A stretch of 63,741 nt of DNA, the filler included, from Octopus bimaculoides (lineage: Eukaryota), in the NCBI RefSeq assembly GCF_001194135.2. It is 4 parts of 3 records of this genome, joined end to end, with 100 filler letters (N's around TTAATTAATTAA, not from the genome) between each part and the next. Parts side by side here need not be neighbours in the genome. Positions count along the whole stretch, not along the records: positions 1 to 28,118 come from NC_068987.1; 3 more parts are not named here. The stretch is one strand, 5' to 3'. Every line of letters begins with the position of its first letter. Positions within the stretch are counted from its first letter, which is position 1. The notes beneath the pieces were generated by a model that was not told the DNA's origin, did not search any database, and was given only the letters and a program-made list of their open reading frames with translations. Shown here in pieces: positions 1-10,989 of this stretch. A program made the position numbers and the translations under genes.

Positions 1-522
1 TTTGTTTATGATAGGTATAATGACCAACACAGGAACATGTATCATACATCAAAATGAAGCTGGTCCTTTGTGGATCACATTTCTACTTCTCAACATAGTC
101 ACCGTTTCTCTCAATAGCAATGTTCCACCTTCGAATGAGAGCATGTACCCCTGCTCCGTAAAATTTTGTTGACTGTCTTTTGCGCCTCTTCTTCACTACA
201 GTTTTCATTTCCTTGTCACTGGAATAATGTTTGCCTCTCAAACCCTCTTTCATGGGGCCGAAGAGATGATAGTCCAGTGACGAGGAAGTGAAAACTGTAG
301 TGAAGAAATGGTTCAAAGAAGAGTCAACAGAATTTTACGGGGCAGGGATACATGCTCTCATTTGAAAGTGGAACATTGCTATTGAGAGAAACGGTGACTG
401 TTGAGAAGTAGAGATGTGATCCACAGAGGACCAGCTCCCTTTTGATGTATGATACATGTTCCTGTGTTGGTCATTATACCTATCATAAACAAAATGGCAT
501 TACCTTTTGACTCACCCTCGTA
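1..522. mobile_element. Mariner-derived foldback element made of two inverted copies of a transposase 3' end
   Basis: Minus arm encodes DYHLFGPMKEGLRGKHYSSD...RWNIAIERNGDYVEK (mariner C-terminus); plus arm 274-494 is its reverse complement at high identity; ends TTTTGACTCACCCTCG+TA (mariner-type TIR, TA TSD). Left end runs off the window. Confidence 0.85.
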
Positions 523-621
523 TTTGTTGCTACCTCAAGTATTTCTGTGTCGTTAATTAAAACATTTATATGATTTTTAGCGATTCAATTTTGGAAATAT
601 GAGAATATTATATTCTCTAAC

Positions 622-800
622 TATGAAGGCGCGTGGCTTAGTGGCTAGAGTGTTGGACTTGTTATCGTAAGACTGTGGTTCCGACCAGGCGACGCGTTGT
701 TTTCTTGAGCAAAACACTTCATTTCACACTGCTCCAGACCACTCAGCTGGCAACAATGAGTAATCCTGCGACGGACCGGCGTCCTGTCCAGGTAGGGAAT
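622..800 (+). mobile_element. tRNA-derived SINE, family D
   Basis: A-box-like TGGCTTAGTGG head and TTCTTGAGCAAAACACTTCATTTCAC core; related copies near 22420, 37125 and 55135. Confidence 0.7.
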
Positions 801-959
801 ATATGTATATACATATATAATATATTGCTGAGACTCTCCTTCGGTCATGACTGACCATGGGATTGCACATAGAAAGTTACTCTTCCAGGCACAAGTCCGG
901 GCAAGTTTGTTTATGGAAGACCAGCAGTTGCCCATGCTTACTAGTCTCTCCTCTCCACG

Positions 960-1156
960 CCACGCTACCGATGTCATCCGAGGGAAAGGCAAAGGCCGAT
1001 ACAGCTTTTATCGCAACTCATTTCTACAGCTGAGTGAACTGGAGCAACGTGAAATAAAGTGTCTTGCTCAAGAACACAACCCGCGGCCCGGTCCGGAATT
1101 CGAACTCACAACCTCCCGATCGTAAGCTCGACGCTCTAACCACTAAGCCATGCGCC

Positions 1157-1160
<4 letters not shown>
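960..1160 (-). mobile_element. tRNA-derived SINE, family D
   Basis: Reverse complement has TGGCTTAGTGG A box, GAGTTCGAATTCC B box and TTCTTGAGCAAGACACTT core. Confidence 0.75.
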
Positions 1161-1199
<39 letters not shown>

Positions 1200-2024
1200 G
1201 TGCCATGGAAACCGGCGCTTTGAGTTTATAAAGTAAAGGAACTTATAGTACAGTCTATTCTGTAACCATATTGCATACAATGGATATCATTTTTAAACTT
1301 ATACAGCTCTTAATATTTCTTTCAAGGTTTATTTCATAATTTCAATTCAAAAACGATATATTGCTTATTGTACTAGGAAGATCAAATTCTTAACCTTTCA
1401 CTTGTTTCTTCATCCCGGTTTATCGTAATTTCCGCTTTTTTTTCTCTTCTATTTAATTTTAAAAGTATTTCTTTCTTAGTGGGGCTATTTATAGAGATGA
1501 TGGAAGAAAAAAAAACAAAACATTTTCATGATTGCAATTCAAAACAGAATTTTTACCGAAACTGTGTCCCTGCGCTTTATATTGAATAATGAATTACATC
1601 TACGCCGCTGTTACACGAACAATAAAAGGCGAAAGAGTAAGCTATTCTTTTACTTGGAAGGCAGAAGAACAAAAGAAAATGACATGACATGAATGATACA
1701 AAAAATAATATAATGTTCTTGATGTTCTACACTCAACTATCCTTTTGCATGCAGAAGGCTACTCTGGGCAATTAACTTTATTGTGTTGTTCATGTAATTG
1801 GGAAATATTGTTAGATTAGATTATACAAACGTAAAAAGAAGCTAGTTTGTTAATAATGGTAAATCGTGACGAATATTTCTTCCTAAGTTTAATCGAGAGT
1901 ATTATCTGACATTTTATAGGAAACTTTCACTTATTTTATAACAGATTTTAGTTGTAATGCCCTAAGAATAACAGGCTGTTAATAATGCACCGTGGTTAAT
2001 TTTATAGAATACACCATTTAACAA

Positions 2025-2240
2025 CTTTTCTACTCTAGGCACAAGGCCCGAAATTTTGAGGGAGGGGCCCAGTCGATTAGATCGAACACAGTACGCAACT
2101 GGTACTTAATTTATAGACCCTGAAAGGATGAATAGCAAAATCGACCTTGGCGGAATCTGAACTCAGAACGTAAAAAACAGATGAAATACCGCTACGCATT
2201 TCGCCCTTTGTGCTAACGTTTCTGCTAGCTCACCGCCTTA
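2025..2240 (-). mobile_element. tRNA-derived SINE, family A (GCCGAGGTCGACTTTGCCTTTCATCC core)
   Basis: Matches roughly 20 other copies in the window; head has A box and GAGTTCAAATTCC-type B box. Confidence 0.8.
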
Positions 2241-2243
2241 CGA

Positions 2244-2467
2244 TTTACTCTTTTACACTTTTACTTGTTTCAGTCATCTGACTGCGGCCATGCTGGAGCA
2301 CCGCCTTTAGTCGAGCAAATCGACCCCAGGACTTATTCTTTGTAAGCCTAGTACTTATTCTATCGGTCACTTTTGCCGAACCGCTAAGTTACGGTGACGT
2401 AAATACACCAGCATCGGTTGTCAAGTGATACTGGGGGGTGGGGGTGGGGGCAAACACAGACACACAA

Positions 2468-2504
<37 letters not shown>

Positions 2505-2740
2505 NNNNNNNNNNNNNNNNNNNNNNNNNNNNNNNNNNNNNNNNNNNNNNNNNNNNNNNNNNNNNNNTATATATATATATATATATATATACATATTACG
2601 ACGGGCTTCTTTCAGTTTCCGTCTACCAAATCCACGCACAAGGCTTTGGTCGGCCCGAGGCTATAATAGAAGACACTTGCCCAAGGTGCCACGCAGTGGG
2701 ACTGAACGCAGAACCATGTAGTTGGTTAGCAAGCTATTTT
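2244..2740 (-). mobile_element. tRNA-derived CORE-like SINE, family B, with internal (CA/TA)n tract
   Basis: Head ...CCACTGCGTGGCACCTTGGGCAAGTGTCTT..., internal microsatellite containing the N-gap, tail ending in (AGTAAAAG)-like repeats. Confidence 0.85.
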
Positions 2741-3520
2741 ATTTCATAAATATTTGCCATAAAGGTATTACAAAGAGGGGACGAACAAGGACAGACAAAC
2801 ATAAAGGGGGTGAAGTAGCTGTATCGATTAAATATTTACAATTCTAAATATACAATTCTAAATATACAATTATAATTTGATTATATTTACAATGTTCGAT
2901 GAAAGCATTGCTCATTACAGGTGCAATACCACACAGCCCCCCCCCCCCTGCGCCGATTTAACAAAAGCTGCCATTACTTTTTTTCTCATGAAGTCATTAT
3001 TGTTACGTTCTGAGTTTAAATTCCGCCGAGGTTGACTTTGCCTTCCATCTTTTCAGGGTCGATAGATTAGGTACCAGTTGCATACTGCAGTCGATCTGAT
3101 CGACTGAGTTCCTGTCCCCCAATTTTCAGACCTTCTGCCTATAGTAGAAACGATTATTGTTTACCAAAGGATGTAAGACTGTTGTGTCTCAGCAGTTCGG
3201 TAAATGAAACTGTTAGAATAAATATCAAACTTAAAAAATAAAAAAAAACATAAATGCTGGAGTCGGTTTGTTCGACTAAAAACTATTCAAGGTGGTGCTG
3301 TAGCATGGCCGCATCAGTCCGAAGAGTAAAACAGAGTAAAAGAAGAAACTGAAACACCGCCTTGACATACGAGAAGGAGCGTTTTCTGTATGAATTCTTA
3401 TCCTCCTAATTCACATGTGCAAACACGTCACAAGGCATTTATATACACCTTAAACAGCCCACATCAGTACAACGATATTGAACTTCCTTTCCAGACAAAC
3501 AAAAATTACAAGCAGATAGT

Positions 3521-3900
3521 GGAAGCGTAATGGCCCAGTGGTTAGGGCAGCGGACACACGGTCGTAGAATCGCGATTTCGATTCCCAGACTGGGCGTTGT
3601 GAGTGTTTATTGAGCGAAAACACCCAAAGCTTCACGAGGCTCCGGCAGGGGGTGGTGGTGAAACCTGCTGTACTCTTTTATCTCAACTTTCTCTCACTCT
3701 TTCTTCCTGTTCCTGTTGTACCTTTATTTCAAAGGGCCAGCCGTGTCAGACTACGTGTCACGCTGAATCTCCCCAAGGACCACGTTAAGGGTACACGTGT
3801 ATGTGGAGTGTTCAGCCACTTGCACATTAATTTCACGAGCAGACTGTTCCGTTGATCGGATCAACTGGAACCCTCGTCGTCGTAACCGACGGAGCGCCAC
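3521..3900 (+). mobile_element. tRNA-derived SINE, family C
   Basis: TGGCCCAGTGG A box, TTCGATTCCC B box; collinear with copies at 13971 and 16578. Confidence 0.85.
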
Positions 3901-4159
3901 GACATGCACAAAGATAGTGTGACCATCATTAATTAGCTCATAACCTAAAATTGTGCAGGGTTTCATTCCCCAGACAAGTTAATGCTGAGTAATAGAAACT
4001 CAGACGCGTTCCGTTGAGTCGTTTGTGGCCATTACGTGAAATTACGTATGAAGAATCCTCTATGTAGACGCTCAAGCTACAGAAAGGCAGCTAAATTTTC
4101 TATAAGTCATACCTTACTGCCTGAAAATAACAAATATAGTTGATAATATTGGTATCAAA

Positions 4160-4350
4160 TTTTGGCGAAAGGACAGCAATTTCTGGGAAAAGCTAAGTCA
4201 ATTGGATCAATCCTATTGTTCAACTGATATTATTTTATCGACCCCAAAAGATGAAAGGCAGAGCCGAACTCAGAGCGTAAAGTCGAAAGAAATACTACTA
4301 AGCATTTTTTTTTACTAGCATCACATCGATTCTACCAGCTCGCCATCTTA
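4160..4350 (-). mobile_element. SINE family A (degenerate)
   Basis: GATGAAAGGCAGAGCCGAACTCAGAGCGTAAAG...TTCTACCAGCTCGCC matches the reverse of family A. Confidence 0.7.
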
Positions 4351-4583
4351 ACATATTTGATAATATTGTCTGCAAAAAAAAAAAAAAATTAATAATAAAA
4401 GGTTGAAATAGTCACTGAAGAAATGCATTTTATTATAAAACTCTTTGATAAAGTGAACCTGAGGCTAAACAAAACGACAATCATAAAGAATAACAGTTGT
4501 AGATGAAAAGATAATATGCCAGGAGTGCCATAACAGAGATCATATTATGGTTCTCAACTAGGCAAAAGTGTGGTGTAACTAGT

Positions 4584-5141
4584 AATATTTGTATCGGTCT
4601 TCCGCCGAGGTCGACTTTGCCTTTCATCCTTTCGGGGTTGATAAATTAAGTCTGTGGAGTGCTCAGTCACTTGCACATGGCGTAGTGGTTAAGAGCGCGG
4701 GCTACTAACCCCAAGATTCCGAGTTCGATTCCAAGTAGTGACCTGAACAACAATAATAATAATATTAATAACAACATCGAAGAATACCTTTGGAATGAGT
4801 ACCCAGGTTCGAAACATCCCCCAAGACATCTGAAGAAGGCTGGAGGGCATATCAGCCGAAACAACAAACAAGATGAGGACAAATATCCGTCGAATGTAAA
4901 TAATGTAAATTAAGTACCAGTTGCGTACTAGGGTCGAACTAATTGACTGGTCCTCTCCCCCAAAATTTCGGGCCTTGTGCCTAGAGTGGAAAAGAATATT
5001 TGTACAGATCTTCTGCCGAAGTCGACTTTGCCTTTCATCCTTTCGGGGTTGATAAACTAAGTACCAGTTGCGTACTAGGATCGAACTAATTGACCGGTCC
5101 CCTCCCCCAAAATTTCGGGCCTTGTGCCTGGAGTAGAAAAG
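4584..5141 (+). repeat. Tandem duplication of a 147-bp SINE-A 3' half; first unit interrupted by an insertion
   Basis: Units start AATATTTGTA at 4584 and 4995; unit 1 (411 bp) minus the 255-bp insert and 9-bp TSD equals 147 bp, the length of unit 2 (4995-5141). Confidence 0.85.
4652..4906 (+). mobile_element. tRNA-headed short element carrying a hammerhead-like core, flanked by a 9-bp TSD
   Basis: TSD AAATTAAGT at 4643-4651 and 4907-4915; A box TGGCGTAGTGG at 4678, B box GAGTTCGATTCC at 4721; CTGAAGA-A-GGCTG[10 nt]CAGCC-GAAAC at 4830-4862. Confidence 0.75.
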
Positions 5142-5829
5142 AATATTTGAATAAGTCATACTGAGTGGTTCAACCGACTACTTTTGTGACCTACACCTTC
5201 ATGTCATAAGTCTCTTGAATCAGTGAAGACCTCTCTATAACAACGAACAAACATCAGTAGCTGAATGACATGTTAGATAATAATTTTGTGGAGTTCAGAG
5301 AGAGAAAAATTAATGTCTATATTAATGAGAATTGAACCTAGAAGTTGTGCTCTGGTAACACAGATACAGTTGTATTCCACAGCCTTCGGACTCATCCCAA
5401 GACTTATCTAAATAGTATTTCTTATATCAGTTTACATTGTTTATCAAATCAGTTTCATATAACAGCATGGTACGAAATATTATTATCTGAAGACTGATTT
5501 ACAGTGAAATAATACGTTTATTTCTATAAAGCTTCAACAGATTCTACTGTGATTATTATCTCAGACGTTAATGCCAGAAATTATAATCACATAAGCGGGA
5601 TGTACTAGACGTTATAATCTTTACCGTTATTGAGGACATACATTGAAATCTTCATGGGCTTAAACTTATGAAATACCAAAAATTCAACAGGTAAATTGAG
5701 AGACAAATATGAATGATAACTAGATAAGCATACATACGTAGATAACTATATCTAAATAAATACAGATAGTTGAAGAATATACGTGGATAGACTGAAGAAC
5801 ATAGACAAATATAATTAGATAAAAGGCAA

Positions 5830-5860
<31 letters not shown>

Positions 5861-5937
5861 CATAGGAATATATATAGATAGGGAGAGATAGTCACACACA
5901 TGGATAGATAGACAGAAAGTGAGAGAATGACAAACAC

Positions 5938-5970
<33 letters not shown>

Positions 5971-5971
<1 letters not shown>

Positions 5972-8060
5972 CTTTCTTTATTGGCCACACAGGGCTGAAC
6001 ACAGAGGGGACAAATACAAATGTAGAGCTTTTCTTTTCGAAAATGAAAAACAAAAAGGGTAACAAAAATAAAGAAAAGTAAAATTCCGATCAAAAGGGAT
6101 CGGAAAAAAAAAGGCGATCAAAAGGGATCGTGTATCACAGAAGAATTTTGAAAATGTAAAAAGCAAGATTAGGGTTATCCGTGGAAAGAAAAGCCTATCG
6201 AAAAGACCACGGTAACCTCGGGCAGGGAGGGAATAGACACATGAGAGCAAATTGCTGTCTTTCGCTCTCTCTTTTCGATTTACAGGATCATGCTCACAGT
6301 GGTTTCGTCGCGCGCGCATCATCTTTGCTACATTCACCCACCTTTTTCGAAACTTTCACGAGACAAAACCTGCCTCTCCATTCTCACCTTCCTTCCTTTT
6401 CAAGTGGTACTCGAAAAAGTTGATGAGCCATTGGCCAGAGGGATAAGTGTTTGTCTCTAATCCTTTCGCTCGAGTCCACCACACACATTCTTTCACCATG
6501 GCCACCAGTATGATGAACACTCCTGGGTAATCTCCAGGAGAGATTCGGCCGACAGGCGGACTCGTCCCACACGTGACAGCAGCCGTTCGGCAAAAGCCCA
6601 CAGGTCCGAAATGGTTGGACACCGCACGAGTGCGTGCAAAACGGTTTCGTCGCTCTGACTGCATCGCGGGCAAGTCTGTCCGGTGTGTCTCGAACCGTTC
6701 CTGAAGAGCTTATCCCGAACAGGTAATGCTNNNNNNNNNNCCATAGGCCCCAGCTCGAAAGTTGTCCTGAACAGGCGGGTCAGATGCTCCTCGTTGACGC
6801 CCAGATTCTGCCCGAGAACGTCGTCGCACCCACCTCCACTAATCCTCTATAGAACGCCTTTGTTGTACAAGTTTGGTCCCGGTAATGAAGTCGCACAAGT
6901 TTGGTCCTGGAGAGCAACGCGACACTCGCGGTGCCATTCGCCTAGCCTCGGTCTCTGTTTGATCCACGACTGCAGTTCGGCCAAGGAAACGAGCTGCAGG
7001 AAAGCGCGCCGCACAAACGGCGACCACACCCGTTCACCGTCGTCTATGAAGCGCCGGAGATGTCGCAGTCTTAGCGCATGTCTAGCCCTCCATTTAGCGG
7101 GTGTTGACAGTAAATGGATCGCCTCACCATCGGAACGCTTCCCTTCCACAAGAAGCAGAAAAGTATGCGTTCCAGTTTGGTGATGGTATGGTCGGGAAAA
7201 GGCACGACGGTCAGACGGTAATCGATGACGGATGCAATGTACGCGTTGGCCACCTCCACCCGACGTTTTAGGGATAGCTTCCTCACGGCCCATTGCTGGG
7301 TGAGAGTGGCCACCCTAGTCGTTATTTCGCCCCAGTTCTCTCCATTTGGAGGTCCGGACCGAACGAGACTACGGGCAATTTAACTGGTCCATTGGTCCAG
7401 CGTCCCACGATGGAGATGCTGTTGGACGGCATGGGCTTGCTTCACCAGGTGCCGAGCCGCAAGCCCACTGACTTTTCCCCGGTTAATTTTTGCTCCCGTT
7501 ACCGCTTCGTATTCTTTTAGCGTCTCGCCTACCAGGTCGATGTGCTTGTGGCTCGACACTATGNNNNNNNNNNNNNNNNNNNNNNNNNNNNNNNNNNNNN
7601 NNNNNNNNNNNNNNNNNNNNNNNNNNNNNNNNNNNNNNNNNNNNNNNNNNNNNNNNNNNNNNNNNNNNNNNNNNNNNNNNNNNNNNNNNNNNNNNNNNNN
7701 NNNNNNNNNNNNNNNNNNNNNNNNNNNNNNNNNNNNNNNNNNNNNNNNNNNNNNNNNNNNNNNNNNGAACGCATGATGTTAAAAGGTCTGGATAGATGAC
7801 CATTTACGCGAACTACCGAGCGGATGCCGCTGTATAAGGCAGCGATCCAATCGCGGAAGATGGGACCGAAATCAGCCGCTCTAAGGACAGCCTCCAAGTA
7901 GTGATGGTCTACCCTATCGAAAGCTTTTGATTGATCTAAATTGATCAGCGCCCCACCCATGCCAAATTCCTTAACTACCCTGTTCATGATGTAGCGCATG
8001 AGATGGGGGTTGTCATGGATACTCCTACCCGGCACAGCGCACGTTTGCGCCTTGTCGACT
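5971..8060 (-). mobile_element. 5'-truncated Tx1/L1-clade LINE (ORF2 RT, C-terminal zinc finger, 3' UTR)
   Basis: RT motif GRSIHDN...LINLDQSKAFDRVDHHYL; ERILFCFLWKG...GGL; zinc finger CPRCSQSDETVLHALVRC; AATAAA at 5977-5982 followed by (TATC)n; frameshifts and stops present. Confidence 0.92.
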
Positions 8061-8874
8061 ACATAGATAGATAGATAGATATAATGAGAGATAGTGAGAG
8101 ATACACACACATAGATAGATAGATAGATAGATAGATATACATCGATAGAGAGAGAGGGGGTGGTAAACACACACATATGAATAGATAGATACAAATTGAG
8201 AGATAGACCCACATTTATAGATAAATAGATAGATAGACACAGATAAAGGCAGAGAGATTTGCAAGCAAGTAAGAAGAGTGTATATATTGGATAAATCTTC
8301 AAATGCTGAGACAGATACGCTTACTTTTCGGTGATATTGTTTTTGTTTTTGTTTTGTTGCGTGCAAGTGTACGATTATAAAGATATAAATGTAAGAAAAA
8401 ATAAATAGAAAGAGCAAGACTAAAGCTAAATATCACACGGAAAACGTTGGTATTTACAATTCCAATGTCACGATTTGGAAGGTTTCGTTAGAGATTATTG
8501 TTTGTTTTTTTTTAACAGAATCACAATGCATCCAACTTGGGTGACAGGATCAGTACTTGACTGTTACTTATGTTATCCACTCCGAAATAATGAAAGGTGA
8601 TATTGACCTTGGTGATGGTTGAACTCAGGACGTACCGAGGCGTAACTAAATATTGCAAGACATTGTTTCCGATGCTCAAAAATTGAATTCTTTATTCGGC
8701 ACGAGGCCTAAAACAGATGGGACGGTGCAAGGACAGACAAAGACAGTAAACGTGGGGACATAAAACGATGAATGAAAATCAATACAAGTACAAATGAGGG
8801 TGGACGTCCTTGCCTGAGCCCCACCCTTAAGCAATCGCGATTTTACCGTTCATTTCAGTTCATTTACCGGTTAA

Positions 8875-9099
8875 ATTACTCTTTACCCTTTACTCTTTTA
8901 CTTGTTTCAGTCATTTGACTGTGGCCATGCTGGAGCACCGCCTTTATAGTCGAGCAAATCGACCCCAGAGCTTATTCTTTGTAAGCCTAGTACTTATTTT
9001 ATCGGTTCATTTTGCCGAACCGCTAAGTTACGGAGACGCAAACACACCAGCATCGGTAATCAAGCGATGCTGGGGGGACAAACAGACACACAAACATAC

Positions 9100-9131
<32 letters not shown>

Positions 9132-9300
9132 ATATATATACATTTACGATGGGCTTCTTCCAGTTTCCGTCTACCAAATCCACTCACAAGGCTTTGGTCG
9201 GTCCGAGGCTATAGTAGAAGACACTCGCCTAAGGTGCCCCGCAGTGAGACTGAACCCAGGACCATATGGTTGGTAAGCAAGCTACTTACCACACAGCCAC
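8875..9300 (-). mobile_element. SINE family B (near full length)
   Basis: Collinear with 2244-2740; internal (CA/TA)n tract. Confidence 0.85.
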
Positions 9301-9309
9301 AAATCTTAC

Positions 9310-9642
9310 TTATTCTATAAAATAAGGATCTAAATCTTCATATGTTATCTCCGGGGTCAGGGTTTCAAACCTCACCCTCTCTCCTGTTAAATGTACATCA
9401 GTTTTAGGTATTTTGTTTTTAAATTCGAGTTTTGGTATGTCTATTATAATGCATTTTGTACCAGGTGGGTGTAATTTGGACAGCCCAACCCTAGTAATAT
9501 TTCCAAATCTACATATAGTCTTCTCAATGGATTTACTGGTTTAGTTTTGTAAGCCATTAAATGACGAGTTTGTAATGTCGGGGTTTGCAAGTCTGTAGAT
9601 GTCTATTTGCTGGGAGGTTCGATGCTCTAAAAATCTGTCTAT
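9310..9642 (-). mobile_element. Possible degenerate L1/Tx1-type ORF1 remnant
   Basis: About 110 codons with one internal TAA: ...SIEKTICRFGNITRV...IIIDIPKLEFKNKIPKTDVHLTGERVRF..., loosely resembling the ORF1 at 63026. Confidence 0.3.
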
Positions 9643-9700
9643 CTACAGACCTAGTTCAACAAATATTACTAAAAACAAAACAAAACTATAATTTTCTTAT

Positions 9701-9885
9701 TATTGGGTTGTCCGGAAAGTTAGTGCTGATTTTTTTAAAGGAAAGAAAAAGGTCGATAAATACTTGCCATTACATTTTTAATCAACCAAATTTGAACCAT
9801 TTTGTTGCACAATGCGTCTCCATTTTTCCTTTAACTTGAAAATACCCTCTTCCCAGAATTGAGGTGGTTTCCGGACAACCCAATA
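9701..9885. mobile_element. Mariner-derived MITE (internally deleted)
   Basis: Perfect 18-bp inverted termini TATTGGGTTGTCCGGAAA including TA; interior on minus reads FWEEGIFKLKEKWRRIVQQNGSN (mariner C-terminus). Confidence 0.9.
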
Positions 9886-10187
9886 CATATCACATATAAT
9901 GATTTCAAATAATACTTCTACATTAGATGCACCAACAAAAGTGACGAACTGGCAGAATCGTTAGCCAGTCAGTAAAATGCTTAACAGTTTTTTTGTTTTT
10001 TTTCGGCCCTTTACGTTCTGGGTTCAAATCATGCCGAGGTCAACCTTGCCTTTCATCCTTTCGTACTCGATAGAATAAGTACAAACCAATTAGCGAAATT
10101 AGAAAAACAAATATCTTAAAACCGATACCATTTCTCGATGTTGTGTGATTAACAATATATTTCTTTTATATCCTTATAATAGAACTC

Positions 10188-10586
10188 TTAAGACATTGTA
10201 TTTTGAAACAATAAGTTTTCAAGCAAACCATTAATTGATTCAATGATCACTCTACTAAATATTTTGTGATATAAAGTCTTTCAGTAAACATAACCCGCGT
10301 AAAATGTCTTGGTTGAATTATCTCTCCTCTGCAGGAAAACTGCTTCCAAAAAGCTACCTAAGTGAATATTTACGTTTAGTATGTTCCCAGTTTTATTTAA
10401 AAGTAAGGAGCCTGGAGCAGCAATCATGGTTTGGTTTGATTTCTCGGCTTTACAGACATCTGTAATATTTCTGAAATATCCCTCGATTTCATTTCCTCTC
10501 TCTACATCAGTTATATGAATACTGGTTACCGGATGGATAAGGTAACAACTGCTGCATACACAGCTGAGAGGTTTGGGGTTCGTATC
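10188..10586 (-). mobile_element. Probable ancient LINE reverse-transcriptase remnant (exon-like alternative considered)
   Basis: About 132 codons with one TGA; ITDVCKAEKSNQTMIAAPG...LLNKTGNIL...KTLYHKIFSRVII aligns by eye to the LINE RT N-terminal pattern EVxKAIKxMKxxKAPG...LYKIFSRIL. Confidence 0.45.
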
Positions 10587-10989
10587 CTATAAACAACATT
10601 ACATTGCAACTGTAGATATGACAGCCGTTTCTCAAATGTCAAGTCTCTATATTGCTGAAAATATTTAACTTAATTCTCTAAGGACCGCAAGCGCTGTAAA
10701 TTAGATTTCAAAGCAACTTCCTAACCATTCAGCCATACTTCTACTTGTGACGGAGTACTTTTGCCTCACATGCAACACGAAGCTACTAAATCTTACATGT
10801 ATGTATGTGATTTCATTCACTCAATCCAAAGAGCTATAAAGTACAATAACTAAGAAACATTAAAAAAAATGTTCAAACAATAAAATAACGTGATACATTC
10901 TTTTTCTTCACAACATAAAATGTATTCCCTTATTCGCATTGCTTTCTGTTATTATTTACCGACAGAGAACATAACTAGTTTGTTTCATC

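Noticed and set aside
4677-4740. tRNA gene (ACT anticodon-like loop)
   Set aside because: A and B boxes are present but there is no closing acceptor stem, and it lies inside a TSD-flanked insertion; it is a SINE-type head.
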